64,000 nt of DNA, taken from contig NC_058368.1 in the NCBI RefSeq assembly GCF_018350175.1, positions 24,554,001 to 24,618,000 on the forward strand, read 5' to 3'. The position numbers and the translations under genes are program-made. This DNA comes from Felis catus. Taxonomy: Eukaryota. Shown in pieces: positions 25,062 to 36,626 of this stretch. A model generated the notes under the pieces. That model was not told the DNA's origin and ran no database searches. It saw nothing but the letters and a program-made list of their open reading frames with translations. Every line of letters begins with the position of its first letter. The first letter of the stretch is position 1.

Positions 25062-27116
25062 GTACAGGGACTAAGAGTGGGCCATGAGCAGGAACGAGGA
25101 GATAGAACAGTCCACTGATGTAGATCTAGCACTTTCTGTGATAGGCATGGAGGGCACATATAAAAATAAAGGAAAGAAAAAAAAAACCCTGCCTAGCCAG
25201 ACCTTCCAGGCCAATAAAGGCAGAGAAACCACTTAAACATGGGAAAAGTACCAAAGGAAGCAGGTAATAATTAGCCAAAAATGCCATAAGGAAATACTGC
25301 AAAGGCGCCTTGGGGTCATATATGATTCAGGGCTCAGATCTGCAAGGAGGGCTGGCAGGGAGACTCTGGAGCCTGGGGAAGGCCTGGGGGTCTGCCGAAA
25401 TGAGAGTGGGAGAAAGAAAATCCCACAGGGCGGGCAGGAGGGGGAAGTGAGGGAAATGGCCTGGAAAAGCTAAATGAAGGCCATGTAGAGGAAAGTCAAG
25501 TCAGACAGTCTGCAGCTGACGCCCTTCTCTAACTTGTCACTGTTGCCTGCAGAGATAACGTGAGTCAAGTCAGCTACGCTGATGGAACCAGGTCAGACGT
25601 ACTGATGTCACTCCTAACACTGAATGGCATGAACATCAAAAACACAAAAGGATATTAGAGGAATACGCTGTGTAGCAAAACACCATGTCTTGCCCTGCAG
25701 GGGTCAGCTGTCAAAAGCAAGGCCACCGAAGAAACCAGAGGATTAAAAAACTTAAGATGGGGTCGTTTCCTGCCCATGCAGGGACAACAGTGAAGAGGAA
25801 ACTCAAGACTCACTGAGCTGAGAGGTCATGGCCCTATTCATCTCTCAAGGTCTTATGACCCCCCTCCAGCAAAAAGATTGAGGAAACACAGCCCAAGGAA
25901 GAAAAGCAAGCATCAAGGAAGATTCTAAACCCACAGAGCCTGATCCTGGTAACCAAAATGCCCTGGAAGGGTCTTGGGAACTGTAAACGGACAGCATATG
26001 AACAGAAGAGCAGCAATTTCTCATCACAGAAAAATATATTTGTCATGTAAATCAAATATCGTTCTTCTCTACTTCGTTTTTGTTTCCCCTTACCTATATC
26101 CTCCTTGGTGGCCGATAAAGGAGGATACGGTTGGGAAAAACTATGAACACAGACAGCAGTCTGATTATAAAAGCATTTCTCCTCTATTGCATTGCTGGAG
26201 TATGCAAGAGAAACCAAATTCTCACAGTTCGTCAACTTTCTGTTCATGTAAACAATCTTACTTTATTTCTGAATTACTTTGTGGGAACAGATGGTTTCCA
26301 AATGCATGACTTCTTACTACAGTATATGGAAGCAATACTACCGAACTCTTAAATTAAGATGAAAACACAGGCATGCTTCCAGCTTGTCTATATTGGTAGA
26401 CCTAGTTTTCCCAAACTAAGGCTTATGTGGAATTCTGACCTTTTTTTTGTTTGTTTTTTGCTGATTTTTTTCTTTGGGTTGAACAATTCCCATCTTATAG
26501 AAAAAAAAACAAAAACAAAAACAAAAAACCTGTCTGAAATATCACAGCAACTGCAAATTTTGGAATTCTGCTGGGAAAAAAAAACAAAAAACCAGGAGTA
26601 TCTGTAACAGAAGCTTCTAGACTTCCTCCTACAGGTTACATATAAATAAAGGCATCAGGTATGTAAATATATAGTTGGGTTTTATGCCTTATATCCTTAA
26701 ACGTTTTATGATAGATTATAATATTATAATTTGAAATAATCACTGCAATTAACACCAAATTGCCTTAATCCTTAACAACTGACTCAGTCACTGGAAGAGT
26801 TCACAAATTAGTGGCATTACCAGATCTAAGCCCAGGGCAGTTTCTCCTGATGTATCTCTCGGGCAGAAGACTCCTTTTCCAAAATACGAAACCAAATCTG
26901 GAAAGGAGTGTCACAAGCAGGTTTTTGTGAGGCTTACCCAAGAGTTCAAGTTATGTGGCCTGACTGGTGAACCCACTGCCAGGGACAGTAAGTTGAGTTA
27001 ATAGCATTTCTGTTATTTCTGGAAAAACATAATCGGTGCAGCACCTGGAGGGGTGGGGGTGACTTTTGGAGAGAACTGAGTAAGAGAAAGTAAATGCTGC
27101 CCCTCTAAACACAAAA

Positions 27117-27160
<44 letters not shown>
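27117..27160. repeat. (TATC)11 tetranucleotide STR
   Basis: Read directly from the sequence. Confidence 0.95.
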
Positions 27161-27165
<5 letters not shown>

Positions 27166-27796
27166 ATCATCCATCTACTACCTATCTATACCTTTATGTA
27201 TATTTATTTTGCATATTTTTATATTTCTGTATATTTATACAGAAAAATAGATATAAAGGGAAACGTAGGCAAGTATACACAAAGAGGGAAAAAAAGTTAT
27301 GTTTAAAAACAAGCAATGACGAAGCTAAGTATCAGGACAGAAAAAGTCTTTGGACACCCCAGAAGGACAAGAGTAAAAGGAAATTGACCTCTGAACTGAT
27401 CAACACTAACACGGACTTCAAAAGGCCTTTACCCTTGAAATGCTTACCACAAAAGAATGTTTAAACCACAGCATGAAAAAATTGAAGTTTGCCATAGAAC
27501 TCAAAAAAAAAAAAAAAAAAAAACTTTTAGTAAATAATTTGAGTAAAAACTTTTAAGTGGTGAGGTGCCCAATTTTGGCCTAATGACCTATACTCACCAA
27601 AAATCAAATAAGATGTTGCCGTGACGGACAAACTATCCAGTGGGATCATTTCAGTGATGAAGGTCAAACCCTGGGCCATTTCTTCATAAAGTGGCACAGA
27701 CCAAAAATTCCCGGAGGTTGTGTGGCCTATAATCGTACGCTATTCTTCTAGAAACTTGATTAGTGTGCTCCTGTCTCTTCAATAAAGAGCAGCCTC

Positions 27797-28013
27797 AGGG
27801 CGCCTGGGTGGCACAGTCGGTTAAGCGTCTGACTTCAGCCAGGTCACGATCTCGCGGTCCGTGAGTTCGAGCCCCGTGTCAGGCTCTGGGCTGATGGCTC
27901 AGAGCCTGGAGCCTGTTTCCGATTCTGTGTCTCCCTCTCTCTCTGCCCCTCTCCTGTTCATGCTCTGTCTCTCTCTGTCCCACAAATAAATAAACGTTGA
28001 AAAAAAAAAAAAA
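27797..28013 (+). mobile_element. SINEC_Fc-type SINE
   Basis: TSD aaagagcagcctc (27784-27796 / 28012-28024). Confidence 0.95.
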
Positions 28014-31000
28014 AGAGCAGCCTCTAAGGCAAGCACTGAGAATAGCAACGTGTTTGTGGAGACCGTCTCTGCCACACAGAGACACACATAAGAGCACATA
28101 GGGATGGGATTCGAAGCCGCCATATACGTGGAGTTCTGGATGTCCTAAAAGCTTTCACCATTAGAAGCCCTCTACGCCTTAATAAGGAAGGAACTGATCA
28201 ACAGAAGACAACATACTGTGAAGGAAAGGCTGTGAATGATCATTTATGAATGGAGAAGTATTTGGAATACGTGTAATAAGTACAGACATTTATATGAGAG
28301 TGACTACCACAACAAATGGCAGCTACGGCAATAATAAATCCAATACAACAGCAGAAAAACAATGTGAAACCAGATGTAACTATCAAAGCAGGTACGTTTT
28401 AAGAAGACACATGATTTCCAAAGTTTCAGCACGCGTGTAATGAAAAGTCTTTGTGGCCCAATTTATGGAACAGAGCGTGTTCTTGAGAATACATAGATTG
28501 CTTTATCAAGTCCCGTGTGAATTCCAGTGACTAAGAGAGCGCTGATATCCCAAGGATTTGGTTGCTGGAGGATGGGAGTGGGGGTGTCAGCATTCAGCAG
28601 ATAAGCCTGCCCGCAGATCTCAGAGAAGAGTCTCTGAGTCCATACAGACATTTCAGAGAGCTAGCTCACACAGACTAGCGTGTTAGTCCCGCAGGCTGAC
28701 AAATCCCAGGCCTCGGCCATCCCCAGAGTCCTCAAATAAAAGGTCCTAAGAACCCTGCTCTCTGTCAGATCATTACATGGTGACAGTGGGGAGGGAGGAC
28801 ATGACCAGAGGCACAGGCTTAAATGCTCTCTCCTTCTGTTTTATGCACAGATCTTAGAGCATCAGGTTCTCACTCCCCATCACAGAAACATCTTTTCGAC
28901 CGCAGAAAGCTCATGGGCACTTCTATCCAAAACCAATCCATCCTACAAAACCTCACCCAAACCCTGCCTCTGCTCTGAAAGTCTTTCCAAACCAGCCTAA
29001 CTGGAAAAACCTTTTCTTCTGAATTTCGCAGACAACGTCTATCTATGCTATTCAGCATCTCGCTTTGATCTGCTTTGAGGCTCCCGCAACTTCCTGAACT
29101 ATTACCTAACTTCTCATGCATTCCTGTCTTGTCTTCACCTTGCAATCTCCTACACATTCCGCATGGGCACATACAGGACACAGAGAGTCATTTTTTTATG
29201 CCAGACTTCTATATTCCTGCCTAAGTAGGCTCTCCATTTCCCATCCAGTGCTTCCTGCTTCCAAATGCCTCGAAAAGATACTGCCATGATATACTCCGCC
29301 CTCTCCTTAATGACACCAGTTTTTACCAACTGTCTGTCCATCAAGTCCAAGGGCTTGCTTTTTATTTTCTAGCACCCCCTGCAATCGATCTGAGACAGAC
29401 GCGTTCTTTTCTTACTCCTCTTTTCAATTCGTGTTTTCTCAGTCAGATTCCACACCATCTTGAACTTCTCATCCCAAAATGACACACTTAATAAATCAGC
29501 ATTAGGGGGAAAAAAGTTCACCTTCCTGATGCACGTATCTGTGCCCTTTTTCATCAGGCCCAGTTCTGTGCTTCAGTCTGTATTACCAATCACGCTTTGT
29601 GCTCTTACTGTTGCAAACCACCTCAAGTCACCTTAAATCAACGCAGCATGACTATTTCTAAGACAGGGATACTATATTTATACTATAAATCTTCCTACTC
29701 ATTCTGCAAAATCAATGTCCTCATTTCTCTCCCGATCCCCCTCCAGATAGAACGGGGACTCCATTATGAAGGGACACACGGATTCTCTGATGGTCACGGC
29801 TGTATCCCTGGTGCCTAGAACAGCGCCTGACCCTTAGAGGTGCTTGGTAGGTACCTGGGGAATGAATGTTGGCTGAATGAACCTCCAAACAGCCTCCGGG
29901 ATTCTGCTCCTTCCACCTCTTCTCTGCTTCAGAGGAAAACGGTCAAGAACATCAATGCCAAAGTGAAACCATCAGGGTCTAATCACTGGCTCACCATCTA
30001 ACCAGGGGTATGATCTTGAGCACAGTACCTGACATCTCTCAATCGCAATCTCCCCAGCTGGAAATGAGGATACGAGCAGGATTCCAGTGAGGACTGAGCA
30101 GGATAGTGCAGATAAAGGACTCCGCACACGGCAAAGCCGAGCGCTAATCGCGGCTCTTCGGTTCACACTTCTCCCGTTCAGCCAATGTCACCTCTGCCAC
30201 CACACCTGCACAGCTGAGCCTTTCTCTTTCTCACCTGCAGAAAGACTAACTTCTGACAACAAAACTATTCTGACACAAATATGAGTAAATCAATAGGCTC
30301 AAAGTGAGGGCTTGGGAGTTTTTTTTTCCCCTGTGAAAAATACGTACGCACTTTAGTGACAGAGCTTAGATACCTATCTACTCAGTGGCCCAGGGCCTCT
30401 ATGTTTCTGCACTTATATCTCAGTTTCCAACTCCGTTCAGGTCGGCTACATTGCCCCAGAGTGCAGTTCTCCCCATACGGGGCTGCCAGAAGGGGTACTT
30501 TTACAAGAAGTAAACCAAATGGCCTGTATTATACAACCCAACAGTGAGAAAAGGCTTTCTGTGTCACTCCCTGTTTTACAAAACTTATGAGGAGGTACAC
30601 TTTACAGCTTGGGTCTTTAAGAATCTTCATGTGCCATTCTGATTTCAAGAGCTGTTCTGAAAAGTAAATATTAACCCAGGAAAAACCACTTTCTTTATCA
30701 TACGCATTGCTCCTCTTACTCTGCACTCTGCTAGAACACCGTGCAAACCGGGGGTGACTTTAACTCTTGCTCTATTTTGATTTTTGCTTTTCCAAATAAA
30801 GAACAGTGACCAGTAAATATTTCTTTAGAACAAAGGGCAGAATGCATTTGGTTCACAGCCAGCTGTTGACCTGAGGCAAAGATGTTTTGCCAGAAGCAAC
30901 CCCTGCATACACCGGGGTACTCAAATTTCACCTGAAATGGCTGGCTACCTTAAATACGCTTTATCTTTTCTGGGATATCCGAAGTTTCTACAAACTTTGG

Positions 31001-32978
31001 TGACATTCCCTGGCCCATAACTAACGTTGCATTTTTTGTTGTTGTTGCTGTTGGGAAATTAACGTTAAGGCTCTGAGTCTTAACTAGAGTTTTCCGAGCA
31101 TTAAACATGCAAGGGAGGGTCATAATTAAAAACCGGCAAAGCTCACAACACAAGTTCACCACAAGCAAAAACAGAGAGGAGAACAGGAACGCTGTTGAGC
31201 ATTTACCTCACATGGCAAGGTCTTAACTGAACAAGATGGTCCCTGCTTTTAAAAGCATGGGTCTCAAAGAAATGCCAACTCAGCAGACACATCACGTTCA
31301 TTCAGCTTTGGGAGTAACCGGCTGCATAACTAAAGCCGGGGAGCAACTTTGAAGCCCCCCCTACTGAAGGTACAAACATGTATTATTGGTCATGCCAGCT
31401 CCATATCTAGTCCTTCCCTATAGTCTCTGGTATACTGTACTATAGCAAAAGGGAAGTAGAACTTAACAGATTTTTTTTTAAGATAATGATTCAGGCAATT
31501 CTTGGAATAGCTTCCACTTGAGAAAAATGTAACCAAGAGGTCCCATCAAAAGACTCCCCAGCTGCTGACAGCTCAACTCTGGAAATTCCCTCCCAAATCA
31601 CAAAGCGTAATGACCCTCAAGAGCCTTTTCTGCCTCCAGCGAACTTGGAATTCTTTCTAAATATTCATTAGGACGCTCAATAAATGTTTACCGAATTGAA
31701 GTCAAAAACAAAAAGCAAGCACTGCAAACGTAAGCTCCTAAAGCCTTGCTCCCTCGCCCAGCCCCCGCTTCCCCCACGAGAGGAAACTGGGAGATCTGGA
31801 GCTGAGACTTGAGCCAACCAGTATCCAAGGGGTCTGACACTCGGCCCAGGAGGTGATGACAGCCAGGAGGGCTGGGCAGTGGTTCCAAAATGGGGCACCC
31901 ACTGCGCTGGGAAACGTTGGGCGCTTGCCAAGATACAAAGCCTCCCCGGGGAGCTGAACCGGATGGTCGGAAACCAAGGCCCGAATCGAGTTCCACCACC
32001 CTCCTTCCTGTTTATAGATCCCGCTCCAGTGACTCCAGCTACCAAAGAGAAAGCAGACGTCTCAGAAATATGTCAATACATGACATAACTTGAAAAGAGC
32101 TGGCTGCTCATTGGCGCGAGTTACAACTTGTCGGGCTCACACAGGAAAACCGGCTCACTTTAATTACTTTTCTTTTAATATGCCTTGCCGTCCCGTCCCG
32201 GGCCCCCGCAAAGATCGGGTTACTGGGAACTAGGGGGCCTCGGCGGGGCGACCAAACGGTGTGGGCGGTTAGCTAGGGGCAAGGAACGCGGGAGCCCAGC
32301 CGACCGCCGGCGCAGTGGTTGCCCCTTCCGAGTCGCGACAACCGGCAGCGGCTCTTCCCTCGCACAGGCGCAGAAACAGGAAGCCTGGCACCTCCTCGCA
32401 GTCTGCACCAAGTCGCCCGGCCGCTCGCTGATGTCGCGAGGGGGCCTAGCGGCACCGCGCCGCTGCCCTGGGGTTGGCCCCGGGAGCGCCACCTTTGTCT
32501 GGGTTTTCCCGTCCGACCGGCGACGCCGGGACGCAAGGAGCGGTTGCCCAGGTCGGAAGCGCGGACGCGGCGCTCGGCTTCCCCCGCCCGGCGCGGGGGC
32601 CCGGGAAGCCGACGCGGCCGCCCCAAACCTCCCGCTTCCACGGCGCGCTCGCGGCGCACCCGCCAGTGCCTGCCCGGCCGCCACTGCCCCGGCCCGGCCG
32701 CCGCGGGGTGCGGAGCCGGGGACCCGCGCGCTCTCGGGCGCCGCCGCGACTAGACGCACCCCGGCTCTCCCGGCGCCGCACCGCAGGCCGCCCGGGGAGG
32801 CGGTGGCCACCGTGCCCTCGGCGGGGCCCACCTCTCCGGCGCCCACGCGTGCCCCTTACCCGGGAGAGCACCGGCCAGAGGACCCCCAGCGAGGCCACAT
32901 CTCAGACTGGCCGCCGCGGGGGGATGGCACGACAGCCCGTCACCCACACCCCCTGCCTGCCCCTCGCCCCTTTCTCAC

Positions 32979-33294
32979 CTGCCTGCACCGTGTCCGAGAG
33001 GTCGTGACCGGGGGCCGCGGTCCGGGGAAATTCCTTCAATTTCCTGGCGCTGAGGTTCAACCCCCCGGAATTGGCCGCTTCCTCCAGCGCGCGCTCCAGC
33101 CCCCGGTTCAAGGGCAGGTTGAAGCCCCCGCCGCCGCCGCCGCCGCCGCCGCCTCCCCCGACCCCGCTGTTGGCTCCCGTTCCTCCGTGGTGCTGATGGT
33201 GGTGGGGATGGTGGTGGGGATGATGATGTGGGTGCAGAGGAGCCACCGAGAGGGCAGGGACGAAAGGTTGGGGTTCGCTTCCCGGCGTCGCCAT
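32979..33294 (-). CDS. LRCH1: LRCH1 (leucine-rich repeat and calponin homology domain-containing protein 1), coding part of exon 1 (105 codons + 1 nt)
   Basis: Translation MATPGSEPQPFVPALSVAPLHPHHH...GGGFNLPLNRGLERALEEAANSGGLNLSARKLKEFPRTAAPGHDLSDTVQA matches the recalled LRCH1 N-terminus. Strong Kozak context (aagATGG), in-frame TGA at 33343-33345 upstream, canonical donor CAG|GTGAGA at 32979/32978. The ORF-track extension to 32902 is intronic read-through. Confidence 0.95.
33130..33153. repeat. (GCC)8 coding repeat, core of a 12-Gly tract
   Basis: Minus strand reads GGG GGA (GGC)8 GGG GGC. Confidence 0.95.
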
Positions 33295-33650
33295 CTTCTC
33301 CCGGGCCCCCCCACCCCGCCCCGCCGCTCCTGCGGGGGGGGGTCACAGCGCTCCCCCGGGAGGGGGAGACGGCAGCGCGGGCCGAGTCCCTGCAGTGCCC
33401 CACCGAAAGATCGTGGAAGAGGGGAGGAGGGTGTGGCAGGCGCGCCGAACGGGGGCAGTCGGGGAGGCGGCAGTGGCAGCTCGGTCTCGAAGGTTTCCTG
33501 TCCCCGGGAAGCTAAGGACTGCGGCGGCGGCGGCGGCGGCGGCGGTAGGCAGCGCGCATGTGTCTCCTCCCGCCCTTGCTCCCTCCTCTCGGCGGCTCTC
33601 CCCTCCTCCGCCGCGCCGCGCCGCGCCGCCCGCTCTCTCCTCCTCCTTCC
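33295..33650 (-). other. Putative LRCH1 5'UTR (TSS not determinable; upstream limit is a guess)
   Basis: GC-rich sequence upstream of the ATG within the CpG island. Confidence 0.5.
33521..33545. repeat. (GCG)8 / (CCG)8 trinucleotide repeat in the putative 5' leader
   Basis: Read directly from the sequence. Confidence 0.95.
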
Positions 33651-34962
33651 CCAAGCTGTCAGTCCAGCCCGGAGCCTTCCACCGCTCGGAGCCCGGCCGG
33701 CCCCCGGGGCTTCGCTGCTCTCCGCCCGGCAGTGCGGGTGCGTCAGGGGGGCCGGACCCCTGCAGCGGGTCACCTTGGTTTAGACGCCGAAGGCCCCTGG
33801 GGTTCTTTTCGCTGCCCAGAGTATCTTGGAGACCGGAGGTTTTAGGAAGTCTCAGAAGACGCCAGCGAGGCAATAAATGGGGTTTGAAATACAGTGAGAT
33901 CATGGGGAGGTGAAAGGTTATGATCTCAAATTTGCGAACTACTCTGCCTCTCTGACCCGAAGTTCCCCGACAGGCAGTTTTTCACTGTGGGGTCAGACCA
34001 ACAGTCTACCCCTGCTCCTGGCATCGGAGCACCTACAAGGAACCAACCGTGGTCTAAGTAGTTTACAAATTAATCTCGTGAATCCAGGGATCCCAAGAGC
34101 GGAAAAATTGTTTCCCAGACCACAGAGGAAGTTAAGAAACTTGTCTAAGGCCACCCGTGCAGTCAGTGGCGGAGCTGGATACGAACTTGCAGCCCTTGGA
34201 CTGTAGGGTTGGCCTCCTTCCTATGTACTCTCAGACTGGAGAAGAGACAAGAGTAGGGTAGGTTTTCTGAGCGATGGGGGAAAACTACAGACACAGAAAG
34301 GAAGGAAAGACTTTCAAAGTGAGGGCAGTTTTCATGGCAGACAGAATCCATGGTCACAGGAGGGCTGACTAGGGCTGACTGAGCCCCAGAGTTGGATGGT
34401 GCAGGGAAAGGTAAGAAACCAGTGGCCCCAACTAGCCAGTAACTCAGCACATTTTGAGCCTGTTCACAGGTGCCGTCAAAGTGTCCTCGTGACGCTTCTT
34501 GCTGCCTCCAAAGGACATGGGGACTGACATGTAAGCAAATTCACGTTCTGCCCAGACCAAGGCTAACACACCAGTGGCGACAGAACATCTGACACCTTAG
34601 GGCGGACCAGGTGAAGACTGATAAAGCCCCACTTCTTTCCGGAGTTTCAAGTCTAGCTCTCTGGGGCCTTTATTTGCGCGAGATAACCAAGTCTTGATGG
34701 TCCCTATAAGCAACTTGGCTAGGAGAGGTGAGAATACATGTACAAAAATACTACAACCTGGGGGATAGGTGAGCCCATTTTTTAAATGGTAGTTCGGAAA
34801 GATGATGGCCTAGATAACAGACTGGAACTTGTGACTTCATGTACTCGGCATTAAAGTACGACATGATCTATGTCACTTGCATTGACTGCATGCCCAGTCG
34901 ACCCTTAAATCCTACAGGATTCTAGGTGGAGTCAAATATTCTTATCTCATCGGAGGAGACAA

Positions 34963-34976
34963 GCGCCACCTGCTGG
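34963..34976 (-). promoter_or_regulatory. CTCF core motif
   Basis: Plus strand gcgccacctgctgg = CCAGCAGGTGGCGC on minus, matching the established CTCF core consensus. Confidence 0.7.
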
Positions 34977-35057
34977 TTTCCTCCCCCAACTTCCTCTCTC
35001 ACCACCTCTTTTTTTCCCCTCAACCTCCTTCCTAGACGTTCATAAACCAGGCTTGAA

Positions 35058-35093
<36 letters not shown>
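35058..35093. repeat. (AAT)12 STR
   Basis: Read directly from the sequence. Confidence 0.95.
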
Positions 35094-35094
<1 letters not shown>

Positions 35095-36400
35095 GTAATA
35101 CATGGATAAAAGAACACTTACATCACTTCTAAAAACTGACCTACCTTCCCCTTTCTTCATGGTCTTTCCCCGATAGATGAGTGAGAAACAGACACAGAAA
35201 AAATTTTCAATTAATACCTTCAGCTGAGACCAGGTGGTAAGGCTGTGTGATTAGTATGCAAGGTATGAGTCAGGACATCCAGCAAATTGCAAATTTAGTT
35301 CAGACCACAAATTGTGGGGATGCACCATATAGAGCATCATTTGTTGTTGTTGTTGTTGTTTTTAAGACCGCAGATTCTTTTTTAGAGGAAATGATAGAAT
35401 AGGAATTCAGGATTTGTTTTTTAACAAGTGATGGATCCTCATGTTAGGTTCACCAAGTCATTATAGTTTGCTTTTTCTTCTACAGATTACTAAAGTGTAA
35501 ACCCCTTAGGGGAGGGACCCATTCATCTTTGTAATTCCCACCCCATATCTAGAATAGTACTTTGTGTATGATGAGTGCACAATGAATATTAGTAACTAAG
35601 CATTGCACAACAGGCCAATTGTACAATAAACCTGTCTATTGCACAATCGACAGCTTACCATTTGTTGATATGTCTTTCAAATTATGTTCCTGAATGAAGG
35701 AGTTTTTCCTTCAATTGGAGGAGAGTACTTGACCTTTAAAACTGACCTTGATTATTTGTAAACATTCAAGAACTTGACAAGCTATTTTCTCTTGCTATCT
35801 TGCTTCTCTATTTTCTCAATAAGATGGACATATCTGTTTTGTTATTATACTCTTTTTTACATCTTCTGAAAATACCCTCTTTCCTTTCACACTCCCCACT
35901 CCATACATACAGTTCTTTGATAGTAGCCGTGCTATGACATTGACCCTCCCGGTGGTCGTCTTGATTAGTCCAGAAGTGGACTTCTGACCAAATGACAGAG
36001 CACCCAGGGGATAAGAGGATCATGATTATGTTCAAACCCTGGATTCTGACTGTTCCTGATTTTCATCTTTAGTTTCTATGAGATATCTAGTATATTTTCA
36101 ATGTATTCTGTTGTTCACCTAAGTCAATTTTATTTGGTTTTCTGTCAGTGCAACCAAGAGTTCTAATTAATATATTTGATTTACCATATTTTAGTCTTTA
36201 TACCCCCTTGTTTTTCTGTATAACCTCATTTTGGGATGGTCCACAAATAATCGTGTATAAACTATTTGGATAATGTCAGCAGATTGCTTTCATGCTTTGC
36301 CTTTAGTACCTTTCAATCATTTTACAAAGTTAACAGAATTCAAATGATTGAGAAAATGTGGTAAATAGAAATACTCTCAGATTAAAATATTGGCTATTAA

Positions 36401-36626
36401 GGGGCGCCTGGGTGGCGCAGTCGGTTAAGCGTCCGACTTCAGCCAGGTCACGATCTCCCGGTCCGTGAGCTCGAGCCCCGCGTCGGGCTCTGGGCTGATG
36501 GCTCGGAGCCTGGAGCCTGTTTCCGATTCTGTGTCTCCCTCTCTCTCTGCCCCTCCCCCGTTCATGCTCTGTCTCTCTCTGTCCCAAAAATAAATAAACG
36601 TTGGAAAAAAAAATTTAAAAAAAAAT
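36401..36626 (+). mobile_element. SINEC_Fc-type SINE
   Basis: TSD aaaatattggcta(t/g)ta. Confidence 0.95.

Larger units (their letters stand above)
1..32978 (-). other. LRCH1: LRCH1 intron 1 (partial; continues beyond the left edge)
   Basis: Lies downstream of the exon 1 GT donor on the minus strand. Repeat-rich, and no sequence encoding the expected LRR continuation (DLSKNR-like) was seen. Confidence 0.8.
32180..33830. promoter_or_regulatory. CpG island covering the LRCH1 promoter, 5'UTR, exon 1 and start of intron 1
   Basis: Abrupt switch to very high GC content and dense CpG, multiple GC boxes (ccccgcccc), no interspersed repeats, no obvious TATA box. Confidence 0.95.

Noticed and set aside
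32185..33783. 532-aa plus-strand ORF antisense to LRCH1 exon 1, and other overlapping CpG-island ORFs
   Set aside because: Non-ATG start, low-complexity Arg/Pro/Gly/Ala composition and no recognisable domain. Long stop-free frames are expected in very GC-rich DNA.
33343..33903. 186-aa minus-strand ORF in frame with LRCH1, as a possible N-terminal extension
   Set aside because: It ends at TGA 33343-33345 before the LRCH1 ATG, and its start is probably upstream of the TSS.
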